From Heterodontus francisci (lineage: Eukaryota), in NCBI RefSeq assembly GCF_036365525.1, contig NC_090404.1:3472001-3536000 (forward strand): a stretch of 64,000 nt of DNA, given 5' to 3'. The notes below the pieces were generated by a model that saw only the letters and a program-made list of their open reading frames with translations, was not told the DNA's origin and searched no databases. The number at the start of each line of letters is the position of its first letter. Position 1 is the stretch's first letter. This document shows positions 48,950 through 61,226 of the stretch, piece by piece. The translations under genes were made by a program, and so were the position numbers.

Positions 48950-51900
48950 CTTGGACCGGAGCGACAGCGGCAGTCGACCGGCTCTCTCTCTGTTCCAGCG
49001 CGCACTGAGTTTCAAAGGAGCAGGAAAAAAAGACTTACAGTGACATCACGGGAAATCTGTAAGCTGATTGGCTGGGTAGGTAACGGCTCATGGTGCCTGT
49101 AAGTAGCTTAAAAAATCAGGGGGGAGAAAGTTCTTCTTTTTCGAAAGTAAAAAGGTTAGTACTACTAAAGAGTGTTTTTTGTTTTTAATTAGTATAATTT
49201 ATTAATAATTACTAGTAATTAGTACTTTATATAAATAGTAAGTAGGGGTTTTTAAGGAATCAAGGTCTGTAGTGTAAATAATCTCAATTTGTTTTGAATA
49301 AACTAAGGGTAAGTCATGGCAAGGCAGCTCGGCAACGTGGAGTGCTCCTGCTGTGCAATTTTGGAAGCCAGGGACACTTCCAGTGCCCAGGGCGAACACG
49401 TGTCCAGGAAGTGTCTCCAGCTGCAGCTACTCGGAATCCACGTTTTGGATCTGCAGTGGTGGCTGGGGACACTGCGGTGCATGCGCGAGGCAGAAATAAC
49501 CGTGGATACCACATACAGGGAGGTGGTGAAGACTGCTCAGGCAGAAAGGGAATGGGCGACCAACAGGCAGAGTAGAAGAACAAGGCAGATAGGTTAGGAA
49601 GCCCCTGGGTCCATCTCCCTCTCTAACAGATGTTCCACTTTGAGTACAGTTGGGGGAGACAGCTTCTCAGGGAAATGTAGCAAGAGCCAAGTCCATGGCA
49701 CCATGGGTGGCTCAGCTTCACAGGAGGGGAGGAAAAAGAGTGGGAGAGCTATTGCGATAGGGTATTCTATTGTAAGGGGTACAGATAGGCTTGGGTCAAG
49801 GATGTCATGGAACAGCTGCAGGACATTCTGGAAGGGGAGGGTGAACAGTCAGAGGTCGTGATTCATATTGGTAACAACGACATAGGTAGAAAGAGGGATG
49901 AGGAGTTCCAACAAGAATTTAGGGAGCTAGGTAGCAGACTAAAGAGCAGGGCCTCAATGGTTGGAATCTCTGGATTACTCTGGGTGCCACATGCTGGTGA
50001 GTATAGGAATAGAAGGATAGAACAGATGAACGCGTGGCTGACAACATGGTGCAGGAGGGAGAGCTTTAGTTTCCTGGATCGCTTAGTCTAGTTCTGGTGA
50101 TGATGGGACCTGCACAAGTTGGAAAGTTTGCACCTGAACCAGAACAGCATCCCTGCTGGGAGGTTTGCTAGTGCTGTTAGTGGGGGGTGGGGTGGCGGGG
50201 GGTTAAACTAATTTGGCAGGGGGATCGGATACAGAGTGGAGGTACAATAGGGGGCGATGCACAGCCAAATATGGAAGAGAAATTAAGCAAGTCTGGCAGG
50301 CAGAGCAAATATAGACCTGTTAAAGGCACAAGTGAATAATGCAAGGCTGGATAGCATTTATTTTAATGCAAGCAATCTTACATGTAAGGCAGATGAATTG
50401 AGGGCGTTGATTAACACATGAGAGTATGATATTATTGTTATCACAGAGACATAGTTGAGGGAGGGGCAGGACCTGCAACTCAATATTCCAGGATATAGAA
50501 TCTTAAGGCGTGACGCGGGATGGGGGAGGCACGGGTATAAAAGAGGAGGTGGCATTGCACTTTTTATCAAGGAGTCAATTACTGTTGTAAGGAGGGATGA
50601 TATCTTAGATGGTTCCTCAAATGAGGCCATATGGGTAGAACGTAAAAACAAAAAGGGGGCAATCACTTGGCCGGGAGTTTGCTACAGGCCTCCAAATAGT
50701 CAGAGAGAGATAAAGCAGCAGATATGTAGGCAAATCTCAGAGAGGTGTAAAATAATGGGGTAATAATAGTAGGGGATTTCAACTTTTAACTGGGCTAGTC
50801 TTAGTGTAAAAGGGGTGGAATTCTTAAAATGCATGGAAGAGATTTTTGAGCCAGTATGTAGAAGGTTCTACAAGAGGAGGGGCAGTACTCGACCTAATCT
50901 GAGGGAATGAAGCCGGACAAGTGGTAGAAGTGTCAATGGGGGAACATTTCGGGGATAGTGACCATAACTCCGTAAGATTTAAGGTAGTTATGGAAAAGGG
51001 CAAAGATGGACCAGAAATAAAGGTACTGAATTGGGGGAAGGCCGATTTCAATATGATAAAACAGGATCTGGCAAAGTGGACTGGGAGCAGCTACTTGTAG
51101 GAAAGTCTACATCAGACCAGTGAAAGTCATTCAAAAAGGAAACAGTGAGAGTTCAGAACCAACATGTCCCCGTAAAGGTGAAGGGTAGGACCAACAAGTC
51201 CAGGGAACCCTGGATGTCAATGGATATACAGGATTGGATAAGGGAAAAAAAGGAGGCTTGTGGCAGATTCAGGGGGCTGAAAACAGCAGAGGCCCTAGAG
51301 GAGTATATAAAGTGTAGGGGGTTACTTTAAAAAGTAATTAGGAGAGCATAGAGGGGACATGAAAAAAACACTAGTGGGCAAGATAAAGGAAAATCCCAAG
51401 GCATTTTATAAGTATATTAAGGGCAAGAGGATAACCAGGGAAAGAGTAGGGCCCATTAGGGACCAAAGTGGCAATCTGTGTGTGGAGCCGAAGGATGTCG
51501 GCGAGATTTTAAATGATTACTTTTCCTCTGTGTTCAATATGGAGAAGGACGATGTAGATGTAGATCAGGGAGGGGAATTGTGATATACTCGAAAAAATTA
51601 GCATTGAAAGGGAGGAGGTATTAGCTGTTTTATCGGGCTTAGAAGTGGATAAATCTCCAGGCCCAAATGAGATGTATCCCAAGTTGTTAACTGAGGCAAG
51701 GTAGGAGATAAAAGAGGCTCTGACACAAATTTTCAAATCCTGTCTGGCCACAGGAAAGATGACAGAGGACTGGAGGACAGCGAATGTGATACCATTATTC
51801 AAGAAGGGTAGAAAGGTTAAATGAGGTAATTACAGAGTGATGAGTCTAACACCAGTCGTAGGGAAATTATTGGAAAAAATTCTGAATGACAGGATTGATC

Positions 51901-53212
51901 TCCACTTGGAGAGGTAGGAATTAATCAAGAATAGTTAGCAAGGCTTTGTCAGGGGAAGATCGTGTCTGACAAACTTGATCGAATTTTATGAGGAGGTGAC
52001 TAGATGTGTAGTTGAGGGTAAGGCAGTTGACGTAGTCTACATGGACTTCAGTAAGGCTTTTGATGAGGTCCCGCATGGGAGATTGGTTAAGAAGGTAAGA
52101 GCCCATGGGATCTAGGGCAATTCGGTAAATTGGATCCAAAATTGGCTTAGTGGCAGGAGGCAGAGGGTGATGGTCGAGGGTTGTTTTTGCAATTGGAAGC
52201 CAGTGACCAGTGGTGTATCGCAGGGATCTGTACTTGGACCCTTGCTGTCTGTAGTGTGCATTAATGATTTGGACGTGAATATAGGAGGTATGATCAGTAA
52301 GTTCGCAGATGACACCAGAATGGGTGGTGTTGTAAATAGTGAGGAGGAAATCCTTAGATTGCAGGACGATATAGATGGTCTGGAAAGATGGGCAGAACAG
52401 TGGCAAATGAAATTTAGTCCTGAGAAGTGTTAGGTGATGCATTTTGAGAGGACGAACAAGGCAAGAGAATACACAATGGATTGTAGGAACCTAGGAAGTA
52501 CAAAGGGTCAGAGGGACCTTGGAGTACTTTCCCATAGATCACTGAAGGGAACAGCACAGGTAGATAAGGTGGTTAGGAATGCATCAGGGATGCTTTCCTT
52601 TATTAGCCAAGGCATAGAATATAAGAGCAGGGACGTTATGATGGAGCTGTATAAAACGCTGGTTAGGCCACAGCTGGAGTTCTGTGTACAGTTCTTGTCG
52701 TCACACTATAGGAAGGATCTGATTGCACTGGAGAGAGTGCAGAGGAGATTCACCATGTTGTAGCCTGGGCTGGAGCATTTCAGCTATGAAGAGAGACTGG
52801 ATAGACTAGGGTTGTTTTCCTTAGAGCAGAGAAGGCTGAGGCGAGACCTGATAGAGGTATACAAAATTATGAGGGGCATAGATAGGGTAGATAGGAAGAA
52901 ACTTTTTCCCGTAGCGGAGGTGTCAATAACCAGGGGGCATAGATTTAAGGTAAGGGGCAGGAGATGGCTAGGGGATTTTTTCACCCAGAGGGTGGTTGGA
53001 ATCTGTAACACACTGCCTGAAGGGGTGGTAAAGGCAGGAACCCTCACAACATTTAAACAGTATTTAGATGAGCGCTTGAAACGTCATAGCATACAAGGCT
53101 ACGGGCCAAGTGCTGGAAAATGAGATTTCAATAAATCGGTGTTTGATGGTCGGCACGTACACGATGGGCCGAAGGGCCTGTTTCTGTGCTGTATAACTCC
53201 ATGACTCTATGA
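48950..53212 (+). mobile_element. Near full-length CR1 LINE, inactivated
   Basis: ORF1 CSCC...RKCLQLQLL, IHIGNNDI; ORF2 GVSQGSVLGP, KFADD, EQRRLRRDL; CTATGAC tail; many stops. Confidence 0.92.
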
Positions 53213-53789
53213 CCCGATCCCACTGGTATGCACTGCCTGAAAGTGTGGTGCAGGCAGATGCAACTGAGGCCTTCAAAAGAGAATTGGATAATTATCTGAA
53301 GAGAAAATGTTCAGAGTTTCAGGCAGAAGGTAGTAATGTGGGACTAAGTGAGTTGATGTTACAGAGAGCCTGCATGGACACAAAGGGGGGAATGGCCTCC
53401 TTCATTGTTGGAACCATTCTACGATTCTGTAAGTCACATTACCCTTTCCACTGGAAGGAGCGTTGTTCTCCTGTTCATCGATTGACTCAAGCCTTTCACG
53501 ATTTTGAACTTTGCTGTGTGGTATAGGTTATCATCTTAATCAAATCATTTAGACATGATAATATGCAAATATTTTCAGGAGATATTTTTAATTAGTATTG
53601 AACTCATTAATTCATTAAATCATCTTGTAAATACTGCCATTCTGTTTAGTGAATGTGTGTGCCATGTTCTAGTCTTTGTCCACGGTATTTTCAATGTTTT
53701 CTGCCTCACTATCGCAAACTTTCTGCTGCTTTTATAATTGGCATTTTGTATTCAGTCTCACTTCTGACCCTCTGAACTGATACACAGAA

Positions 53790-55560
53790 CACTCCAGTAT
53801 TGGCTCTAGGAGCTGCATCCGTTGGAGGACTTTTGTCGGTAGGAGGATCCGCACTGGTCAGCAAGGTTGTATCAGTTGGAGCGCCTGCTTCTGTGATAAG
53901 GGCTGTATTGGTTGAGCAGTCTTATTGGTTGTAGGGACTGTATCAGTTGGAGCTCTGCATCAATTGAAAAGACTCTGTCTTTTGGAGGGTCTGTATCAGT
54001 TGGATGAGCTGCATCAGTTGGAGGAGCTGTACCGTTTTAAGGAGCTGTGTTAGTTAGAGGTCTGTTTTTGTTGGAGGGGCTGAGTCAGTTGAAGGAGCTG
54101 CACCTGATACTGAAGTAGTCCATGCAGAAATGCAGCAAGACCTGGACCATATCCAGGCTTGGGCTGATAAGTGGCAAGTAACATTCGCGCCACACAAGTG
54201 CCAGGCAATGACCATCTCCATCAAGAGAGAATCGAACCATCTCCCCTTGACATTCAATGGCATTACCATCGCTGAATCCCCCACTATGAATATCCTAGGG
54301 GCTACCATTGACCAGAAACTTAACAGGAATCGCCATATAAATACCGTGGCTGCAAGAGCAGCTCAGAAGCTCGGAATCCTGAGGCGAGTTACTCACCTCC
54401 TGACTCCCCAAAGCCTGTCCACCATCTACAAGGCACAATTCAGGAGTGTGATGGAATATTCTCCACTTGCCTGGATGGTGCAGTTCCAGCAACACTCAAG
54501 AAGCTCGACACCATCCAGGACAAAGCAGCCCGCTTGTTTGGAACCCCATCGACAAACATTCACTCCCCCACCTCCGAAACACAGTGGCAGCAGTGTGTAC
54601 CATCTACAAGATGCACTGCAGCAATGCACCAAGGCTCCTTAGACAGCATCTTCCAAACCCGCGAACTCTACCAACTAGAAGGACAAGGGCAGCAAATGCA
54701 TGGGAACACCACCACCTGTAGGTTCCCCTCCAAGACACACACCATCCTGACTTGGAACTATATCGCCGTTCCTTCACTGTCGCTGGGTCAAAATCCTGGA
54801 ACTCCCTTCCTAACAGCACTGTTGGTATACCTAACCCAAATGGACTGCAGCGGTTCAAGAAGGAAGCTCACCACCACCTTCTCAAGGGCAATTAGGGATG
54901 GGCAATAAATGCTGGCCTGGCCAGCGATGCCCACATCCCATGAATGAATAAAAAAAACAGTTGTAGGTTCTGTTTTCTGGCAGGGGCTGATTAGGTTGGA
55001 GGAGCTGTATCTGTTTGAGCAGCTGTTTCAGTTGGAGATGCCATAGCCCTTTGATGGACCATACCAGTTGCAGAGGATACAATAATTTGAGGGCCTGTAT
55101 CAGTTGGAGGGGCTGTGCCAATTTGAGGCATTGCACCAGCTGGAGGGGCTCTATTAGTTGGAGGGGATGTGTCTTTTGCTGTTTCTGTATTGATTGGAGG
55201 GACGGTAACAGTTGCAGGGTCCGTATCGAATGGAGGGATATATTGGTTGGAAGGACTGTATTGGTTGTAGGGGCTGTGTTACTTGGAGCGTCTAGATCAG
55301 TTGAAAGAAGCTGAGGGGGTCCATATCGTTTGGACTGATTTTAGTTGTTTGGAGCGTGCGGATCTGTTAGAGGGCCTGTATCGTTTGGAGTGGTTGCATC
55401 AATTAAAAAGGTTGTATATTTTTGACGGTCTCTGTAGGTTGATTGGGCTGAATCTATGGGAGGATATGTATTACTAGAGGTGTTCTTTTGACTTCAAATG
55501 TTATATTAGGTACAGATGCTGTATTATTTTGAGATACTGTATCTGTGTGAGGTATTGAAA
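53790..55560 (+). repeat. Degenerate ~20-bp minisatellite (GGAGCTGTATCAGTTGGA), split by a LINE fragment
   Basis: Repeated CTGTATCAGTTGGAG variants at 53790-54100 and 54960-55560. Confidence 0.75.
54103..54958 (+). mobile_element. L2/Crack-like LINE 3' fragment
   Basis: ORF 54130-54642; 3' end CCCACATCCCATGAATGAATAAAAAAAA. Confidence 0.9.
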
Positions 55561-56097
55561 TCATTTCAGATGCTTTATTTGTTGAATTTCGTTGTTCACA
55601 ATCATAAATAACACACTTTAATCACTTAAGTGAATGGCCACTGTTCGAGAGGCCAGCCATATTCTAGAGGGCAGTAGAGTAGTCCTGAGCGAGACACTCT
55701 GACATTTCCAATGGTCAGAGCTGAGAGACGGACATCACAGAAAGAACATGAGATCTAAATATGGGCCTGAAAGTGTCCGAATGAACTATCTCAATCGCTG
55801 GGAGAATATAGTTTCTAATTTTCATTAGTTAATTCATGTGATCACAATTGTCCAGTGTTTTGGATTTTTCAATTCAATTTCGGAGATAAATGTATTCTAC
55901 CACATCAGGGACTCAACCCGATGTCATAATCTGTTTGTTCAAATTTAAAACAAAACAATCTGAACCATGTTGCAAACTCAATATCCCCATGGAGATTCCA
56001 TGGGGTATAAATTAGAGGCTTTGCAAATGTATCACCTCCAAGTTTCATTCAGAGAGATTGCCTGCAGCACGAAGGGGCAGATCACTTCACACAGAAA

Positions 56098-56164
56098 ATG
56101 CTTGAAACATTTCACAGTGTCAGGAAAGTATACTACATGATACTTGCTGTTATTGGTGTTCCTG
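56098..56164 (+). CDS. Orphan class A GPCR (GPR139/GPR142-like) gene 2, coding exon 1 (too short for the ORF track)
   Basis: AGAAAATG context as in gene 1; MLETFHSVRKVYYMILAVIGVP + G|GTAAGT phase-1 donor; homologous to gene 1 exon 1 (YY.ILA.IGVP). Confidence 0.88.
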
Positions 56165-58239
56165 GTAAGTGACTATAACCATTGTGGTTGTGTAAGTCTG
56201 TGTGTGAGTAGGTCTCTGGTTTGGTTCTGTAACTGATAACGTTCTATATTGGTCTAGTGGTCTCTGTTATACACAAACCTGATCAATGATATAATTTCGA
56301 TAAGTCAAATGTCCTGAATTATCATTGTGCTGTTTTTCCATTTCCTTAATTGAAAAGAAACGTCTGTTTCTAACCCACAGTTCACTGAATTATCAGGTTA
56401 TTTAATTTAGTGGAACATAGTGTATTGTTGAATCAGACCTCAGTGCAGGAAAATCTAAAAGCGAGGAGTATCTGTCTTTATAGAATTGACTCAGTGTCAG
56501 CCCTAACCGGGGTGGAACACCAGATCCCACTTTTCAGTCCGTACTGGGCGTATACACTGTAGAATTTCACTGAGTTGGGATCACTAACCGGAGTGCAACA
56601 GCTGCCCCGTTGTCCATGTATTTCTGGGAGTATCTCTTACTGTGAAATTGTACTGAGAGTCACTATCTGGAGTGGAACAAGCCAGTTCTACTTTGAACTC
56701 ATTGTTTCATGGAGCTTTTCTCTTCACTCCGTGGAGTTGGTTTCATGTTGTAGGAATGTAATCGATTGCAAAGTGCAAGATTTTTTGTTGTTGGTTGAAG
56801 ATGTTTAGGAATAAATGTATAAAGGGAAATGTGTTGACATTGCTTTGTTTCTAATAGAACTGCTACACAGCAGGACATCACTGTTAAAATATCCAAATCA
56901 TCTGTGTCATGATTTATGTTTACTCGAGGTATCGTTATTGTAAACACTTCCTGTGTTGATTCATCCTATTTCCCCAACATGTCCTGGAATCTATGGTTCT
57001 TGAGTTCTGAACATTTTTGCCTTGCTGTTACACAGGATGAATAGTGGGCTGTGGTTATTTTTATTTTGCTGCTGTCATTGGTTAAGTTTTGAGGAAGCAG
57101 TTCTTACCTATGATTCAGAATCTCTACACATGGAAGCTGCACCGATTTCTGCCCTTAGCTCAGTGAGCTGTGTCCCTACAAAGGGACACATAGAACCGAG
57201 AAATATGCATTTCGTGTTTTCATAATGCATAGATGAGTCGGAGGGCAGTAAACAATAACATTAATAAACTGTTAATAATGAATAAATAGTGCAATGCTTC
57301 ATAAAATAAACTGCCATGATTACGACATCTATTATGAATGAACTGATGACTGTGATTAATTAATGCAGAAGTTACAGAAAAGTATAGAATTTGCAGCACA
57401 GAATCTGGCCATTCAGCCCATTATGTCTGTCTTTAAACTTTGCACGAATCTCTCACCATCCTAGCCCATCTGAGCTTATCGAATATCCAATTATTTTCTC
57501 CCTCATAGAGCTATCTACTTTCCCCTTAAATGCTATTCACCTCAACTACGTCCTGTTGTAGTAAGTTCCATATTCTCACCACTGTGAGTGAAGAATTCTC
57601 TCCTGTATTCTTTCTTGGATTGAATAGTGACAGCCCTATATTGAAGAACAACATGTTTGGTCTTCCGCACAAGTAGCAATACCTTCCCCACATTTCGTCT
57701 ATTCAACTCCTTTATGATTTTAAAGGCCTATATTAGATCAGCCCTCAACCTTCTCTTATCTATCGAAAAGAGCCACTACCTGTTCAATTTCAACTCTTCC
57801 ATAACCAATGTTGTAGTTAAGTTTCATATAACCTCTTTGCTTTTAAATCTTGCTCTCTAGAAATGAGCCCCAGTGTTTTCAACATATTTCTAATGTCGTG
57901 TTATCCTTTGTCACTAATTCAAATCATTTATGAATCGATATCCCCGGAATACTTTGGCCTTTCAATACTTTATCAATTATTTGCCTCATTTCTGGCATAA
58001 GTTTGTTGGATGTGATTGGTGGATTCATTCAGTTATTTCGTAGCAATTAGCTCCTCCTCTCTCAGATCTCTCAGTCTTCTTCAGCCTCTGAATCCTCACC
58101 AACTAGCTAACTCTATCCATACCTTCCATCAACGCATGTAGCTTCCTTCCTTCTGATTTCGGAGCTGAGCTCAGATGTTCATTTATATATCTTCCCATGT
58201 CAGTACGACCCTCTCTGATCCAAAGTTAAGTGAACGCGA

Positions 58240-58460
58240 AATAAAAACTAGAAATGCTGGAAATACTCAGCAGGTCTGGCAGCATCTGTGCAGAGAGAAG
58301 CAGAGTTAACGTTTCAGGTCAGTGACCCTTCTTCAGAACTCTGACCTGAAACGTTAACTCTGCTTCTCTCTGCACAGATGCTGCCAGACCTGTTGAGTAT
58401 TTCTAGTATTTCTTGTTTATATTTTAGATTTCCAGCATCTGTAGTATTTTGCTTTTATTT
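58240..58460. repeat. Long inverted repeat (hairpin) built from a Penelope-like terminal repeat
   Basis: 58271-58322 is the perfect reverse complement of 58341-58392 (52 bp), extending imperfectly to about 80 bp; 18-nt loop. Confidence 0.9.
58304..58340 (-). ncRNA. Minimal type I hammerhead ribozyme motif (Penelope-type)
   Basis: Minus strand AGUU-CUGAAGA-AGGGUCACUGACCU-GAAA-CG-UU-AACU. Confidence 0.6.
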
Positions 58461-59109
58461 AAGTGAGATGCCGCTAAACTCACAGCAGGCGGGATCTTTA
58501 CTGGCGCACAGGAATAGGCGTTGCCCAATCAATTTCCCTGCAGAGTCTCCTGTGGATACATTCCGAGGGCCCTATGTGATATTTGTTAGCTTCGTTCTGT
58601 ACACGCACACCACTCCCGCTGACACTCCTCTTTCCCGCATTGGCTCTGGGCTGCTCAGGCTCCTTGCCTCGCCACTTTCCCAGTACAATGATCAATGTTT
58701 GGTGCCGATTTCCTTCTTTCACACTGAACTGGAAAACAGTGCTTCTAAGTTACGGCCACCCTCGCCTTCACATGCTCATTCGCAGATACTTCCCGTCCCT
58801 TCCTCGAATTCTCTATCTCCATTTCACAGCATAGGCTTTCCACCAACATCTATTGTAAGTCCACCGACTCCCACAGCTCCCTTGACAGCACTTCCTCTGT
58901 CAGATCTCACGTTGTAAAATTGCTATTGTAAATCATTGGAAGAAGCTCACGGCACTACCTTCGGGATTGCTGCTGCAAAGTGAGCCTTTATCATCGACTC
59001 TCCCGAGTGGCACACTGCGATTGCTACACTAAACATGTACAGTGGCTTCCAATGAACAGTACTATACATATCAAATGAACAATATACTATATTCTCCAAC
59101 CCCACTTCC

Positions 59110-60410
59110 TGTCAAGAGTCGGTTCTGTTCTCCCATTTCTCCGAAGCCTTTGCATCTGTTTCCACGATGTCACCTTCCAGACCCATGTTTCCGAAGAGTC
59201 TTTATTCGCTTCAGCTGAGGGTTCACCTCCGCTGTGGTTGTCAGGAGTTTGACCATGTCCGTCCCATTTCCCGCGTTGCTGCCCTCACCACCTCCATGCC
59301 AGAAACTTGACAATGTACCCTTTGCTCTCATCTTCAACAGATCATCCTTCCTCCCATTTCCACCGTGTCAGCCAAACCCACCATCAAACACATCTTCCTC
59401 TCAGCTCCTTTCCCCCATGCCTTGTGGCATACTGGTTCACTCTTCCATCAGCCCCAATATCAGTTCCCTTCCTGCCGGCACTTTCCTATGCAAGCACAGG
59501 AAATGCAACATCTGCCCGTTTCCCTCCTTGCATTCCACCTTCCGGGGTCCCAAGCCCTTTATCAATTTACTTGCACATCTTTCACTTTAGTTACGGCATT
59601 CATTTCACTGCCCTGGAATCAATGTCCGCTACCTTGGAGAAGACTAAACACAAATTGAGTGATTGTTTTGGTAAACACTTCATTTAAGTTCGGGAGCACA
59701 TTCCTGAGCTTCCAGTCGCTGGCTATTATATATCTACATCCCACTCCAGCTGTGGCTTGACTCTCCTCGGCCTGCTGCATTGTTCCACTTCTAAGATTAA
59801 CGTTGAAAAGCACATTATTTGTCGAGCAAGTACTTTATTGCCTGCCGGATTCAGCACTGAGATTAAAAACTTCAGATCACAACAACAGATCCTATTTTAT
59901 CTCAGGATGCTGTCTGCTGGTAAGGGAGGATGGCTACACCAGGGCCACTGGGAGAGGAGAATGTGCGTGCTGGTACTTGGGTCTGGATTCCCTATTGGCA
60001 CACGGCTGACTGGCTGGTCCATTCCCTTGGGTCTACCCACCTTTCTCCACCACATTTCATGACCACTGGAGCCCTCTCCTCTGAACTAGATTTCTTTGGT
60101 CCATTCCACTTTGTTATTCTGCTGTAAGCATTTACACCTCTTCTGGATCCATCTTTACTTGTCCCATTTGCCTTGCACCATCATCCCTTTTGTCATTGAC
60201 TCACTCTTGCACTCCACCCGAACACTAACCTTCTCCTTTGTTCTTTCCTCCCCTTATATCTCACTCTTTACTGGCTCTATCATTGTTTTGAAACTGTTAA
60301 TCTCTACTATCTTCCAGTTTTTATAAAAGGTTATCAGGCTGAAACGTTAACTTTGTTTCTGTCTCCACAGATGCTGTCAGAACTGCTCAGTGTTTTCAGC
60401 ATGATTTTAT
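59110..60410 (+). mobile_element. Penelope-like element remnant (GIY-YIG region and terminal repeat)
   Basis: GTFLCKHRKCNICP zinc motif, frameshifted YLGE/KTKHKLSDCFGKH (YIGETKR-like), terminal repeat at 60315-60410. Confidence 0.7.
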
Positions 60411-61226
60411 TTACAGAGGTCTCAGTTTTTCCATTTTGCCCAAATATTTAGACTAGGATCCTAACGGGGCTGGGTTACACAGATGGTGGTTGGGGATGGC
60501 GGGCGCGGTGGGGGAGTGATGGGGGAGTGGTGTTTTGTTGGGGTCAAAATTTCAAAGACAGGCTTTCCCCCCACACTGTGCAGTTTTTTTTTTGTTTCAC
60601 GGGGTGCGTCTTTCGTCCTTGTCAGGTTCCTTGACAGGAAGTTAACCTGACTGGCAAGTTTGTCATCCAGTTATTGGGCGTGATCCCAGGTAGGTCCCAT
60701 CCTAGACCCCGGAGGATCTGTCCGATCCTGGGTAATCTGATCATGGACATGGGAAAGGTTCCAATCCCCAACAGGAGGGGTCTTTGCCTGAGGGGAGTCC
60801 GATGGGGGCTGAGCTTGGGAGTCCAGGAGGAACCACTCCTGCTAATCTTGGCATACAAGCAAGGGTGTAGTGGGAACTACCGTGTCTCTAAAACTGCTTT
60901 CACCTCTCTTCAGCTGCTGAGTTTCCTGTGGCCTAACAATCCCGGCTGGGCAATGTCAAGCCTTTAAATCAGTTTCAATCAGAGGTTGCCAGTCTCTTAA
61001 AATATTTAACATACCGACCTGGCTCCTGGGAGCGATCAGCTGCTCGCTCCCTGTCCTGTCTCTGTTAACGTGGATGAGTTGGAGTTAGGTTGAGATTCTT
61101 TCATCTCTGACCCAATTCCAACCCACAATGGTTTGGTCCTAAATTCCAGCCCTTACTGCCTGGGCTCAGAATCGGAGAATATTTGATCAGTAAATTCGTG
61201 TCTCTTTTCCCTTCTCCCTCTTACAG

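Noticed and set aside
56113-56150. CACAGTG heptamer inside GPCR gene 2 exon 1
   Set aside because: No nonamer at 12 or 23 nt; likely a chance match
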